In this document: piece after piece, positions 27,757 through 37,853 of the stretch
Position numbering within the stretch: position 1 is the stretch's first letter
How the letters are laid out: each line of letters starts with the position of its first letter
From: a bacterium
GTDB lineage: Bacteria; Patescibacteriota; CPR2; UBA1875; JAJYID01
Length of the DNA: 64,000 bases
Reading direction: 5' to 3'
NCBI GenBank assembly: GCA_021787535.1
Contig: JAJYLR010000001.1
Span: 492,321-556,320 of the forward strand
Position numbers and translations under genes: made by a program
The notes under the pieces: model-generated
What the model was told of the DNA's origin: nothing
The model's input: the letters and a program-made list of their open reading frames with translations, nothing else
The model's database searches: none

Positions 27757-29007
27757 CTATCTCCTCTCCCATTCTTTTCCTTGCCTGGGCAACCTTCGAA
27801 AGGCGCTTTCAGGACTTTTCATGACTATTTTAACTGCCTTTTCCATTCTTGACGCATTCTGGGAACCTTTAAAAAGCACTATATCTCCGCTTTGCAAAAT
27901 CTCCTTCACATACTTTCCCGCAATAGCTGAGCCATTAAAACTATAAACATTTTCTTCTGCTAAACCCGCGTCAATTGCAGACTTAGCTAAGTATTTTTTA
28001 CTTATATCTCCTACCGTTACTAGAATATCACATTTTCCAACTAAATATGAGCCGATTTTCTGATGGGCCTCTTTTGCTTGTCCGCCTAATTCGCCCATAG
28101 CGCCTAGAACAGCGATCTTTCTTTTGCCAGGAAATTTTTCTAAAACATCTAAAGCGTTTTTCATGGAAGCCGGACTTGCGTTATAAGAGTCGTCTAAAAT
28201 AACCGAGCCGCTTGCCCCTTCAATAATATTTATTCTACCTCTCACCGGCAGATATTTTCCCAATGCGGAAACTATAAGATTTGAGTCAATTTTCTCCGAG
28301 ACGCCAACAGCGATTGCTGCGGCAAACGAGTACAAAAGATGTTCCCCGACAGCATTTGATTTGATTTCCAAGACCTTATCATAAACTTTGAAACGGTTTA
28401 AAGAACTGTGACTGTCAAAACTTTGCCCTATAATTTTTATCTCATTTGATTTTCTTCCGAAGGTTATCTTTCGCACTCCTTGCGGAACGGCCATCTTAGC
28501 GGTAAATTCATTATCTGTGTTTATAATTGCAGCGCCGCCTTCTGCGAGCGCCGATAATATTTTTGCCTTCTCTTTTGCAACATTATTAACCGTGCCAAAC
28601 TTTTCCAGATGTACGCCGGAAACATTAGTGATAATGGCAATATCCGGTTTAACTAAGTTAGTCAAATATTTAATGTCGCCCGGCCTATCTGCACCCATTT
28701 CTAAGACTGCATAATCATAATTGCGCTTTTTAAGAGCTTCAAGCGGTAAAAGCAGCATTAAAATAAACCAGCCAAGTTTTGACCGGGGAATTTTTCTCTC
28801 CAAAAGTATAAGCGGCAAACCAAACTCGGTGTTGTAACCTTCCTCTACGAAAGAAAGAACCTTGTATTTTTCCTGTAATACTAAAGAAACGGCCTTCTTA
28901 GTTGAGGTCTTTCCTACACTGCCGGTAATCGCTATGATGCGATAATGATTTCTCGCAATCGCTGCCTTAGTAGCTGCGCCTAATATAGTTTTTGCAATTT
29001 TTTTCAT
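27757..29007 (-). CDS. murF: Mur ligase, UDP-MurNAc-tripeptide--D-Ala-D-Ala ligase MurF
   Basis: ITGSVGKTSTK P-loop of Mur ligases; position between ftsI and mraY. Confidence 0.8.
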   Translation of the reverse strand: MKKIAKTILGAATKAAIARNHYRIIAITGSVGKTSTKKAVSLVLQEKYKVLSFVEEGYNTEFGLPLILLERKIPRSKLGWFILMLLLPLEALKKRNYDYAVLEMGADRPGDIKYLTNLVKPDIAIITNVSGVHLEKFGTVNNVAKEKAKILSALAEGGAAIINTDNEFTAKMAVPQGVRKITFGRKSNEIKIIGQSFDSHSSLNRFKVYDKVLEIKSNAVGEHLLYSFAAAIAVGVSEKIDSNLIVSALGKYLPVRGRINIIEGASGSVILDDSYNASPASMKNALDVLEKFPGKRKIAVLGAMGELGGQAKEAHQKIGSYLVGKCDILVTVGDISKKYLAKSAIDAGLAEENVYSFNGSAIAGKYVKEILQSGDIVLFKGSQNASRMEKAVKIVMKSPESAFRRLPRQGKEWERR

Positions 29008-29010
29008 TTT

Positions 29011-30738
29011 CTACTTGCTCTCTGTCGGCGGAACCTGATAATAGTTGAGAAGCTTTTGCAGCATTTCCCCAACTGTTGGCGCAGCCGAAAGCTCTGCCCA
29101 ATCTACATTTTTGGGTTCGTCAATCTTTGCCATCACTACAAATCTCGGATTTTCAGCGGGTGCAAAGCCGATAAACGAACCAATTTCTCTATTAGCATAA
29201 TAACCTCCTTGAGGATCAGGTACTTGGGCCGTACCGGTCTTGCCGGCCACTTTGTATCCGGGTACTTTAGCTAAGTGACCCTCACCATGATCCACTGTAT
29301 CCACAAGCATTTGAGTGAGTTTTGCCGCTGCCTCTTCGGAAATAACTTGCTTGCCGGGTTTTTCATCACCGCCTCCAACATCTTGCCCATTGGCAACCTT
29401 GCCTTCTATAAGATAGGGCTCTATCATCTTACCATCATTTGCAATAGCTGAATATGCAGTAATCATTTGGAGAGGCGTCACAGCAATACTTTGTCCGAAA
29501 CTCATAGTTGCATAGGTATGATCATTTGAATCAGCCGGCTTGTTCAAGATACCGCCCGCTTCAGTACCCTGTGGCGCTTCGATACCCGTAGGCAAACCAA
29601 AGCCAAATTTTTTTAGATAATTATAAAATAAATCCTTGCCAAGCAACCTTTGGACATAAGTGGCGCCAGTATTCAAGGAATATTCCAAAACAAATGTCAT
29701 ATTAACATTCCCATATGCCTTTAAAAGGGCATTTTTGATAGTATATCCATCTAAAGTAATACTTCCAGTATCGGTAAAAGGAGTGTCTGGTTCTATTTTT
29801 CCTGTATCCAATCCCGCCGCCATGGTAATCGCTTTAAAGATTGATCCCGGCTCATAGACATTGCTAATGGCCGAGTTTTTAAACAGAGAATAATCTTTAA
29901 CATCATTATAGTTGTTTGGATCAAAAGAGGGATTATTTGCCATAGCCAAAATAGCGCCGTTTTTAGGATCCATGACAATAATTGATCCGGACTTCCCTCC
30001 ATACTTTTTAATCGCACTCGCAAGCGTTTCTTCGGCCATAGCTTGAACATCGCGATTAATTGTAAGGACAATATCTTGGCCATCTTTTGCCGGCACCGAG
30101 ACATCTCTGCCGGTAAGAATCTTATTTCCCAGAGAATCAGACTCTGCCTTATAAAGACCGGGCGTACCTTTCAGTTCATCATTAAAATATTGCTCAATAC
30201 CTCCAACACCGTTGTCATCTCCATTTACATATCCGAGAACCTGGCTGGCCAAGGTGTTCTCCGGGTAAACTCTCCATGGCTCTGGTTCCAAACCTATTGA
30301 TGGATCATTTAGATCTTTTATGCTTTGAGTTTCCTGATCACTGATTTTTCTTTTTATGGGAATATATCTTTTTGACTGAGAAGTGTTAAAAAGATTTAAG
30401 ATATCATCTTTTTTCATTTTTAAAATTTCAGCTAGATTTTCAGCTGTTTTATCTTGGTCTTTACTGTTTGCGAGATCCACAAAAACCTTATTCAGTGTTA
30501 TATTAGTTGCCAAAGGATATAGATTACCATCCATATCTTTAACATAGATATTGCCTCTTTTGGGCTGAATCTCGTACTCTGACCAATGCTGGCTATTAGC
30601 AGCTTGAGCATATGTCTGATGCTCTAGGACCTGTAGTTGGAATAGCCGAAATAAAATTGCCGCGCTCGCTAAAATAATGAAAAAGAACAAGTATTTTGTT
30701 CTTTTTCTTTGTAATTGTGTATCGGTATGACTAATCAT
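29011..30738 (-). CDS. ftsI: penicillin-binding protein 2/3 transpeptidase (FtsI)
   Basis: N-terminal TM, dimerisation domain, transpeptidase SxxK (SIFK), SxN, KTGT motifs. Confidence 0.85.
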   Translation of the reverse strand: MISHTDTQLQRKRTKYLFFFIILASAAILFRLFQLQVLEHQTYAQAANSQHWSEYEIQPKRGNIYVKDMDGNLYPLATNITLNKVFVDLANSKDQDKTAENLAEILKMKKDDILNLFNTSQSKRYIPIKRKISDQETQSIKDLNDPSIGLEPEPWRVYPENTLASQVLGYVNGDDNGVGGIEQYFNDELKGTPGLYKAESDSLGNKILTGRDVSVPAKDGQDIVLTINRDVQAMAEETLASAIKKYGGKSGSIIVMDPKNGAILAMANNPSFDPNNYNDVKDYSLFKNSAISNVYEPGSIFKAITMAAGLDTGKIEPDTPFTDTGSITLDGYTIKNALLKAYGNVNMTFVLEYSLNTGATYVQRLLGKDLFYNYLKKFGFGLPTGIEAPQGTEAGGILNKPADSNDHTYATMSFGQSIAVTPLQMITAYSAIANDGKMIEPYLIEGKVANGQDVGGGDEKPGKQVISEEAAAKLTQMLVDTVDHGEGHLAKVPGYKVAGKTGTAQVPDPQGGYYANREIGSFIGFAPAENPRFVVMAKIDEPKNVDWAELSAAPTVGEMLQKLLNYYQVPPTESK

Positions 30739-30771
30739 TTACATAAGTCCCGAGGTATGCCGGTTACAATG

Positions 30772-31110
30772 CTAGCGATTGACGGCAACACCCGTCGCAG
30801 AATTTACATAATCTACTTGCTTTGTCGGCACCATATCCGTTTTTGGCACATCTTTTTGAATTGACTCGACAGACTGTAATCTTGCTGCTTCAACTTGCAA
30901 TATCTGGTTTTCATCGGTCAACTCCTTCTTTTTCTGTTCCAGCTTCGCAATTTGGTCATTTGTCATAGTCATTTGGTTTCTCTGGGAAAGGAGAAAAATA
31001 AAAAGAGGAAGAATAACAAATACTGCCGTAAAGACAATAGTCATTTTACCCATCTTGAATTGCCTTTTATAACTTTTATTAAATTTTTTCTTTTTCTTTC
31101 TGTCTCTCAT
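30772..31110 (-). CDS. ftsL: FtsL-like cell division protein (single TM + coiled coil)
   Basis: basic N-terminus, TM helix, leucine-heptad periplasmic segment; between rsmH and ftsI. Confidence 0.5.
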   Translation of the reverse strand: MRDRKKKKKFNKSYKRQFKMGKMTIVFTAVFVILPLFIFLLSQRNQMTMTNDQIAKLEQKKKELTDENQILQVEAARLQSVESIQKDVPKTDMVPTKQVDYVNSATGVAVNR

Positions 31111-31236
31111 TTTAATCTCCTTTGTTTTTTGTTTTTAATCACCCTCCTTTAAGGTGTTTGTTTGTAAAATCGTTGTAATTGATGTATCGCTTCGCTTAAG
31201 GAAATGGCCTGTTTTCTTCCTTATAAACTTATTAAC

Positions 31237-32181
31237 TTACAACTTTATCACTACTCTCAGTTTTGCGCTTCGAGCACGCGGATTTTCTAGTATTTCCTCT
31301 GAACTTGCAACAATCGGTTTTCTTGTTACAATTTTTAATCTTTTTTTGTGGTTGCATTTGCAAGTCGGAAACTCCGGCGGACAAATACATCCTTTTGCCT
31401 CTTGCTGAAAAAAGTCTTTCACTATACGATCTTCGAGTGAATGAAATGTAATCACTGCCAATCTACCTTTTGTAACCAGCAAATCCACCGCCTGAGGCAA
31501 AAACTTCTCCAAATGCCCTAACTCGTCATTAACCTCTATCCGAAGTGCCTGAAATACTTTTGTAGCGGGATGGATTTTACCGATTTTAATGCTCTTTGCA
31601 TGGTAGATATCTCTAACTAGTTCAGCAAGCTGTACAGTTTCTTTGAAAGGATTTTTCTTTCGTCTCTGAACAATTTTTGCAGCTATGGTTTTCGATAATC
31701 TCTCCTCGCCATATCGGCTCAATATATCGGCTAATTGCTGTTCGCTATATCTCGCCAAAATATCTGCTGCTGTTACTTCCCTGCTCTGATCCATTCTCAT
31801 GTCAAGCGGTCCGGTATTTTTAAATGAAAATCCTCTCTCCGGTTCATCAAGTTGAATAGAAGAAACACCGATATCGGCCAAAATCCCATTTGCCTTCATA
31901 AATCCTTTTTCCTGAGCAATTTTTCCAACCTCGGAAAAATTTGCCTTTTCTAAGGTTAGATTTGAATACCTAGCTTGTAAATTGGCCCCCGACCAATTTA
32001 AAGCCCCAATATCTTGATCTAATCCCAAGAGTTTCCCATAAGGTCCGATTTTCTTTAAGATAGCTTCTGTATGACCGCCAAACCCCACCGTTGCGTCAAT
32101 GTAGACTTGCCCGGGTTTCGGGTCAAGCAAGCGGATAACTTCTTGTAAAAGTACGCTCTTATGTATTTTTTTCTTTTCCAT
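31237..32181 (-). CDS. rsmH: 16S rRNA (cytosine1402-N4)-methyltransferase RsmH (MraW)
   Basis: HKSVLLQEVIRLL...YIDATVGFGGHTEAIL SAM motif; ITFHSLEDRIVK. Confidence 0.9.
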   Translation of the reverse strand: MEKKKIHKSVLLQEVIRLLDPKPGQVYIDATVGFGGHTEAILKKIGPYGKLLGLDQDIGALNWSGANLQARYSNLTLEKANFSEVGKIAQEKGFMKANGILADIGVSSIQLDEPERGFSFKNTGPLDMRMDQSREVTAADILARYSEQQLADILSRYGEERLSKTIAAKIVQRRKKNPFKETVQLAELVRDIYHAKSIKIGKIHPATKVFQALRIEVNDELGHLEKFLPQAVDLLVTKGRLAVITFHSLEDRIVKDFFQQEAKGCICPPEFPTCKCNHKKRLKIVTRKPIVASSEEILENPRARSAKLRVVIKL

Positions 32182-32410
32182 AAGTACCCGGCAGCAACCA
32201 AATGTGTTAGAACTTTTTCAGTTCTTATTTTTATTTTTGTTTTTTAGAACAAAAAGCAGGATTTTATTGGGCTTAAATTTTTGAGAACAACCCGCCAGCG
32301 GGCGGATTAAATTTAAGAGATGGATGTTGTTTTATTAAAGCCTTAAACAGACTTCTTAGGTTCGTGATTACTACCGGATATCTACGGAAAATATTTAGTT
32401 TTCAATGTGC

Positions 32411-32842
32411 TTACATTCCAAAGGAATCAAGCTGTTCTGCAATCTGGCCGGAATCTTTTTCGATCCTCGACTGATACTCTTCCCATTCTTTTACATCCCA
32501 GATTTCAATTCTTGAATAAACTCCCACAACTACGGCATTAGTTTTGAGCCCGGCAAATTCTCTCAAGTTTTGCGGAATGTTTATTCTTCCCTGTCTGTCA
32601 AGATTACAATCATTTGCGCCTGCTAGAACCATTCGTGAGAATGCTCTGGCATTTCCTTTGGTATAAGGCATGTTGGCGATCTCAGATGCTATTTTCTCCC
32701 ATTCATCGCGCGTATAAATCACAAGCGCGTTTTCCAGACCTTTAGTGATCACTACTCCACTAGCAAGTTTCCCTCTAAACTTTGCCGGAAGAGCCAGTCT
32801 TCCTTTCTCATCTATTGAATGTTTGTATTCTCCGATAAACAT
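32411..32842 (-). CDS. mraZ: transcriptional regulator MraZ
   Basis: MFIGEYKHSIDEKGRLALPAKFR ... tandem SpoVT/AbrB-like halves; start placed at MFIGEY. Confidence 0.85.
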   Translation of the reverse strand: MFIGEYKHSIDEKGRLALPAKFRGKLASGVVITKGLENALVIYTRDEWEKIASEIANMPYTKGNARAFSRMVLAGANDCNLDRQGRINIPQNLREFAGLKTNAVVVGVYSRIEIWDVKEWEEYQSRIEKDSGQIAEQLDSFGM

Positions 32843-33010
32843 CTTTGTTCCCCACTTTTCACCACTTTCTCCCATTTTATACCACTTATGACCACTGTGT
32901 AAAGACTTTTTTGCTTATGCCCCCACTTTCTGTATCCTTTTAAAAGCGGTTTCAATGCACTGACTTTTTTTGCTTATACAGAGGTAAATATTAGACTTTA
33001 TTAAGCAAAT

Positions 33011-33044
33011 CAAAAAAGAACAGCTTTTAAAGCTGTTCTTTTGT
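33011..33044 (-). terminator. rho-independent terminator downstream of rplA
   Basis: AAGAACAGCTTT-TAA-AAGCTGTTCTT perfect hairpin flanked by A/T runs. Confidence 0.65.
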
Positions 33045-33096
33045 ATACTAGTTTTCCACAGGTATTATTGCATAGAATATTGAATTTTAAATAAAT

Positions 33097-33930
33097 TTAC
33101 ACTAAAACCTTAATCCCAGGTCCCATTGTTGTTGCTAAGGTAATAGACTGAATGTAAGTACCTTTGGCGCCAGATGGCTTGGCATGCTTTAATGCATCCA
33201 TGAATGTATTGTAATTTGTCTCCAGCTTCTTTTCATCAAAAGAAACCTTGCCTATTACTTGATGAACTATCGCATTTTTATCTAACTTGAACTCAACCCT
33301 GCCTGCTTTAAGCTCTTTGACGGCCTTTGTTACGTCAGGTGTAACCGTTCCCGCTTTCGGATTTGGCATCAAACCTTTGGTCCCGAGAATTTTACCCAGT
33401 TTACCAACTTTCGCCATCATATCCGGAGTGGCTACCAGCGTATCAAAGTCCAGTTTTCCTTTTTCAATTTCAGCTATAAGAGAGTCGCCGCCCACTTTAT
33501 CAGCTCCGGCTCCTTTTGCCTCTTTCTCTTTATTCGAATCACAAATTACTGCAACTCTCTTTGTCTTCCCGGTTCCCTCAGGAAGCACTACAGTTCCTCT
33601 GAGCTGCTGGTCTCCTTTTGAAGGGTCTAAACCTAATCTGACATGTATTTCAACCGAAGAATCAAACTTCGTCGTTGAAGTCTTCTGAATAAGACTCATG
33701 GCCTCTTCAACCGTGTAATATTTATCTATTTCTAAAAGCTCAGTAACTTTCCTATATTTTTTGGAATGCTTTCGCTCTTCTTTTGAAAGTTTATTTTTTT
33801 CTTCTTTGGCTTTAGCGGCTTTTGTAACCGGTTTCTCGGATTTTTTGGCAGTTACTTTCTTCCCTGTCTTAACTTTTACCTCTTTTAATTCTGGTGTTTC
33901 TTTAGTCTCGGTTTCTTTCTTCTTTGGCAT
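33097..33930 (-). CDS. rplA: 50S ribosomal protein L1 with lysine-rich N-terminal extension
   Basis: conserved L1 core from [22 protein letters not shown]...; start set at MPKKKETE with AAAGGAG SD; longer ORF-track start runs through a palindromic repeat. Confidence 0.8.
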   Translation of the reverse strand: MPKKKETETKETPELKEVKVKTGKKVTAKKSEKPVTKAAKAKEEKNKLSKEERKHSKKYRKVTELLEIDKYYTVEEAMSLIQKTSTTKFDSSVEIHVRLGLDPSKGDQQLRGTVVLPEGTGKTKRVAVICDSNKEKEAKGAGADKVGGDSLIAEIEKGKLDFDTLVATPDMMAKVGKLGKILGTKGLMPNPKAGTVTPDVTKAVKELKAGRVEFKLDKNAIVHQVIGKVSFDEKKLETNYNTFMDALKHAKPSGAKGTYIQSITLATTMGPGIKVLV

Positions 33931-34038
33931 TTTTTCTCCTTTACCCTTCCGTAGCTTTAGCGTAGGAGGGTCGTGGTCCAAACGGCTATCGCCTCCCACA
34001 TTAATTATAGTTCTCATTTTTAAGGGATTTCTCCGCTC

Positions 34039-34066
34039 GTCACTCCGTGAAGTCGGTCGGAATGAC
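34039..34066. repeat. palindromic repeat GTCACTCCGTGAAGTCGGTCGGAATGAC (family, reverse orientation)
   Basis: rc GTCATTCCGACCGACTTCACGGAGTGAC. Confidence 0.5.
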
Positions 34067-34115
34067 AAGCCTGAGATTATACTCAATACACAATACCGAA
34101 TACTCTATACTAACT

Positions 34116-34541
34116 TTATTTTTCTACCTCGACACCCATACTGCGGGCAGTGCCGGCAATGATCTTTTCTGCTTGCTCTATGGAGTTGGCATTTAAATCT
34201 TCCATTTTCGCTTCCGCAACACGGCGCACTTGTTCTTGAGTCATCTTCCCCACCTTCTCTTTCTTCGATGAACCAGAACCCTTTTTTAAATTGATTTCCT
34301 TTTTTATAAGCTCTGCTGCCGGCGGCTGTTTGGTTATAAAGTCAAACGTCCTATCTTCATAAACTGTTATCACAACAGGAAGCTTAGTGCCTGTCATTTC
34401 CCGAGTCTTTTCGTTAAAGGCGGTACAGAAATCCATAATATTTAAACCATGCTGGCCCAGTGCCGGACCAACCGGAGGCGCAGGATTTGCCTGACCTGCT
34501 ATAACTTGTAGTTTGATTTTTGTCTTAATTTTCTTTGCCAT
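34116..34541 (-). CDS. rplK: 50S ribosomal protein L11
   Basis: [36 protein letters not shown]. Confidence 0.93.
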   Translation of the reverse strand: MAKKIKTKIKLQVIAGQANPAPPVGPALGQHGLNIMDFCTAFNEKTREMTGTKLPVVITVYEDRTFDFITKQPPAAELIKKEINLKKGSGSSKKEKVGKMTQEQVRRVAEAKMEDLNANSIEQAEKIIAGTARSMGVEVEK

Positions 34542-34586
34542 TTCTTTTTCCTTATTACCTTACCAACTAATCTCTTATTAACTAAC

Positions 34587-35129
34587 CTATACTTTTTTAA
34601 CCTGCAACGAGTCGAGTTCAACCGGTGTTTCTCTGCCGAACATACTAACGAGAACTTTAATCTTGCCTTTTTCCTCATCCACCGAGTCAACTGTGGCATC
34701 AGAACCTTTAAACGGTCCGTCTGTCACATTAACAAGATCGCCTTTTCGAAGATCAATCTTGTATTTCGGTTCCTCGACACCCATTCTTTTCTGAATATTT
34801 TTAATCTCTTTCTCTGAAAGAGGGATCGGCGTAGTACCTGAACCGATAAAACCGGTCACTTGGGGAGTATTTCTGACAATATACCAGGAGTGATCAGTCA
34901 CAATCATTTCAACCAGAACATAACCCTGGAAGATTTTCTTTTCTACAACACGTCTTTTACCATTTCTAATCTCAATGGTTTTCTCTTTCGGGACAATTAC
35001 ATCAAAGATGAGATCCTGCATGCCTAAGCTTTCTGTCCTTTGGCGCAAGTTCTCCGCTACTTTCTCCTCATAACCTGAGTAAGTGTGAAGCGCATACCAG
35101 TTTTTACCTTCAGAATGTTGTTTTGCCAT
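34587..35129 (-). CDS. nusG: transcription antitermination factor NusG
   Basis: WYALHTYSGYEEKVAENL NGN domain; C-terminal KOW (GDLVNVTDGPFKG). Confidence 0.9.
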   Translation of the reverse strand: MAKQHSEGKNWYALHTYSGYEEKVAENLRQRTESLGMQDLIFDVIVPKEKTIEIRNGKRRVVEKKIFQGYVLVEMIVTDHSWYIVRNTPQVTGFIGSGTTPIPLSEKEIKNIQKRMGVEEPKYKIDLRKGDLVNVTDGPFKGSDATVDSVDEEKGKIKVLVSMFGRETPVELDSLQVKKV

Positions 35130-35174
35130 ATAATATTGCTCCTTTGTCCTTCCGTAACCCCTGGCGCAGGAGGA

Positions 35175-35456
35175 TTACTTTAGTATAAACGATAAACCTT
35201 TTAATAAGACGAAATCGACAGCACCCAGAAATATTGCAACGGCTCCTGAAATGATGATAACGGCAATAGTCATATTCAAAGTAGTTCTTCTATCCGGCCA
35301 TACAACCTTCAGAAGTTCGTTTTTCGATTCTATGAAGTATTTTAAACTTTGCTTTACCTTTTTCATTATTTCCAACTGCCTCTTTAGAACATGGACTTTG
35401 TTATCCTTGTCGGAATTGTTGAATCGCTTCGCTTGCGGGAATTGTTTGTTGCTCAT
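35175..35456 (-). CDS. secE: preprotein translocase subunit SecE
   Basis: 93 aa, single C-terminal TM, KVVWPDRRTT motif, position upstream of nusG. Confidence 0.8.
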   Translation of the reverse strand: MSNKQFPQAKRFNNSDKDNKVHVLKRQLEIMKKVKQSLKYFIESKNELLKVVWPDRRTTLNMTIAVIIISGAVAIFLGAVDFVLLKGLSFILK

Positions 35457-35539
35457 CCCCTCATTTCCTACAATTCCATCATTTCCAACATATTTCAGTA
35501 TTTTAAAAAAGCCTCTCGGCTTCTATGCTTAATATGGTA

Positions 35540-35872
35540 CTAAATTTCACTGGATTTGTCAAATGTTTTATGGGATGGGCTCGGGCGCTTTTGCGCCCGA
35601 GTTTTTGCACCTAGACTATTTTGCTTTTTTAATTCTTCTATCGAGAAGATATTATATGACCAGAAACAGCCCTGCACGAAACCTAACCATCGATGAGCTT
35701 TGTCTGTTTTACATATGTTTTGATATTCTCTTATCTTTTGGCACATCCAAAGCACATGACATATCCTCGCTTGATCAGTTCCAGCCAGGTTATTTTCTTC
35801 CAGAGAAAAACCTTTCGTCTCTAAAATCCTCTCATAATCTTGAATAATTTTTAGAAACTTCCTTTCATCCAT
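35540..35872 (-). CDS. hypothetical protein (110 aa)
   Basis: ORF only; no family recognised. Confidence 0.35.
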   Translation of the reverse strand: MDERKFLKIIQDYERILETKGFSLEENNLAGTDQARICHVLWMCQKIREYQNICKTDKAHRWLGFVQGCFWSYNIFSIEELKKQNSLGAKTRAQKRPSPSHKTFDKSSEI

Positions 35873-35874
35873 GC

Positions 35875-36072
35875 CTATCCCGCATCATAATAGCGAATAA
35901 ACTGTCCGCACTTACAGTAAATGTCGCCATCGTTAAAGAAAATATTGTAGTTTTTCACCTCCCAATCCTCTACTCCGGAGCCACACTTGGGACATTTGTC
36001 AATCTGCGAAGTGTTTATACCATGCATCATTCCGCTCACAAAAGTAGTTTTAGTTTCCTTTTCTTTAGCCAT
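35875..36072 (-). CDS. hypothetical zinc-ribbon protein
   Basis: CPKCGSG...CKCGQF two Cys pairs; start placed at MAKEKETK with SD-like AGGGGAAG. Confidence 0.4.
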   Translation of the reverse strand: MAKEKETKTTFVSGMMHGINTSQIDKCPKCGSGVEDWEVKNYNIFFNDGDIYCKCGQFIRYYDAG

Positions 36073-36180
36073 CTTCTTCCCCTTTCCTTTGTTTAGGTGC
36101 AAAATCATTTTCTTACCTATAACACCAAAGCAAAAGCAAGGAGTTCTGACTCAAAAATATTTGAGTAAATAACAGTATGC

Positions 36181-36837
36181 TTGGGGTATAATGGAGATAT
36201 GAATTGGATTCAGAAGGAAATTTTTAGAAAACTAGTTCTAAGTGATGAGCTTCGTTATACAGAACTAAAACCCGAAAGTGTCGAAGGCAATCTCTTCACT
36301 TATCATTTAAATCAATTAGTCTATGACGGCTATGTCACGAAAATAGATAAAAAATATACTTTATCGGAAACTGGGAAGTCTTACGTCAGTTCCATGAGTT
36401 TGGCAACCGGAGCTAAAAGAAAACAGCCTAAAATAGTTGTCATGATTGCCGGAAAAAATGAAAATGGCGAGTTTTTGCTTTTCAAATGGAAAAGGCAACC
36501 GTATAGAGAGCTAGTCAGTTTTCCATTTGGGAAAGTCCAGTATGGCAAACCAGTTCTCGATCTAACCAAAAAAGAACTCGACTGGAAAACAGGACTTAAA
36601 GGCGATTTAAGATACCAGGGAGATATTTATGTACAAACAACAAATGAACATTATCTCGCCCATATTTTTAAATTAAGCGCATTGAGCGGAAAAATTGGAT
36701 CAAATGGCATCCTAGGAAAACCTTTTTGGGGCAAAGTTGAAGAATTAAACGAAAATGAACTGATTCCCGGTTTCAAAGCAATCGTGGAGATCCTGGAAAC
36801 CAAAAAACCTCCATATTTGGAAGAAGTTATAACCTAG
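36181..36837 (+). CDS. putative regulator with N-terminal winged-helix domain and C-terminal Nudix-like fold
   Basis: IQKEIFRKLVLSDELRYTEL...YHLNQLVYDGYV wHTH pattern; C-terminal half degenerate Nudix-like. Confidence 0.35.
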   Translation: MGYNGDMNWIQKEIFRKLVLSDELRYTELKPESVEGNLFTYHLNQLVYDGYVTKIDKKYTLSETGKSYVSSMSLATGAKRKQPKIVVMIAGKNENGEFLLFKWKRQPYRELVSFPFGKVQYGKPVLDLTKKELDWKTGLKGDLRYQGDIYVQTTNEHYLAHIFKLSALSGKIGSNGILGKPFWGKVEELNENELIPGFKAIVEILETKKPPYLEEVIT

Positions 36838-36857
36838 ATTCTATAAATAATTAACTC

Positions 36858-37382
36858 TTATGTTTTTATTCCCTCTAAAGGTAACTGAAGTAAAGCTTTT
36901 CTTAAATTTAAAAACGGCAAGATTTCCTTTTTCCCCTCATAAATCTCAGCTTTTATTACACAACCATTCTGATCATAAATATTAGAAATTACCTTCTCTT
37001 TATCAAAGATCATTGTGTCGCCTGCTGGCAGTTGAATATCTCCGATTTTTTTGCAATCAATAAGATATATATTTTCACCAACCAAAGGGATATTTATATT
37101 TTTATAACACTCTATCTCCCACTTGATATAATCGCTTAGAGGATAATCTACCACATGAATCCTGATTTTCTTTACGTTCTCCTTACCCTCGGCCCATGGT
37201 TTGGCATTTTCTTTCATTATTCTGAGCGATTTTTCCCGATCACCAGCCAGCCAGCTGTCAAGCGACGGCCCGTTATCTTCGCCGTAAAACTGCAGAACTT
37301 CAACTTTAAAAAACTCTTCCTGCATTTCATTCCAAAAAGAGTTAAAAGTCTGGTCAAGATCTTTTTCATCGATGATTTTCAT
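36858..37382 (-). CDS. hypothetical protein (174 aa)
   Basis: ORF only, convergent with preceding gene. Confidence 0.35.
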   Translation of the reverse strand: MKIIDEKDLDQTFNSFWNEMQEEFFKVEVLQFYGEDNGPSLDSWLAGDREKSLRIMKENAKPWAEGKENVKKIRIHVVDYPLSDYIKWEIECYKNINIPLVGENIYLIDCKKIGDIQLPAGDTMIFDKEKVISNIYDQNGCVIKAEIYEGKKEILPFLNLRKALLQLPLEGIKT

Positions 37383-37390
37383 AAAAAATT

Positions 37391-37413
37391 TGGCAGGGGT
37401 GGCAGGCTTCGAA
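37391..37413 (-). other. 23-nt duplicate of tRNA-Trp 3' end, adjacent to GCGGCTCAGCCGC hairpin
   Basis: TGGCAGGGGTGGCAGGCTTCGAA identical to 37570..37592. Confidence 0.6.
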
Positions 37414-37569
37414 GCGGCTCAGCCGCCAGTTTGCAAATACCTTATACTTAATACATTTAGCTTATTTTAGCATAAAATCAATCAATTTTCGATTTTGGCG
37501 TCTTCATAACAGTTTCTCAGCTACCACCCTACAAAACAAGAACCCCATCAAAAGATGGGAACCTTGTCT

Positions 37570-37645
37570 TGGCAGGGGTGGCAGGCTTCGAACCCGCGAC
37601 CTTCGGTTTTGGAGACCGACGCTCTACCAACTGAGCTACACCCCT
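37570..37645 (-). tRNA. tRNA-Trp (anticodon CCA)
   Basis: AGGGGUG...CACCCCU acceptor, D-arm GCUCAGUUGGUAGAGC, anticodon loop CUCCAAA, T-loop UUCGAAG, encoded CCA; terminator hairpin CCCATC/GATGGG downstream. Confidence 0.85.
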
Positions 37646-37662
37646 AAAAAGTCCTTTTGGGA

Positions 37663-37827
37663 CTATTTTATCTCTTTATGAACGGTATGCTTTTTGTCTC
37701 TTTTACAGTATTTATTCAATTCCAACTTATCGGTAGTATTTCTATCGTTCTTCTTGGTTGTATAATTCCTCTCCTTGCATTCCTTACATTCAAGAGTAAT
37801 AATTTTCCGTGGTCCTTTCTTTGCCAT
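37663..37827 (-). CDS. rpmG: 50S ribosomal protein L33
   Basis: [27 protein letters not shown]... CxxC pairs; start at MAKKG (longer ORF runs into tRNA-Thr). Confidence 0.8.
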   Translation of the reverse strand: MAKKGPRKIITLECKECKERNYTTKKNDRNTTDKLELNKYCKRDKKHTVHKEIK

Positions 37828-37853
37828 TTTATCCTTTCTATTAGTTATCTCTC

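Noticed and set aside
33931-34086. Longer rplA start ([11 protein letters not shown]...)
   Set aside because: Extension runs through a palindromic repeat copy and has no SD; MPKKKETE start has AAAGGAG SD.
33287-34162. Two 133-aa + strand ORFs
   Set aside because: Antisense shadows of rplA; Ser/Phe-rich translation typical of the reverse frame of a K/E-rich gene.
34499-34699. 66-aa minus ORF spanning the rplK-nusG junction
   Set aside because: Overlaps the ends of two well-supported genes in another frame; K/R-rich artefact.
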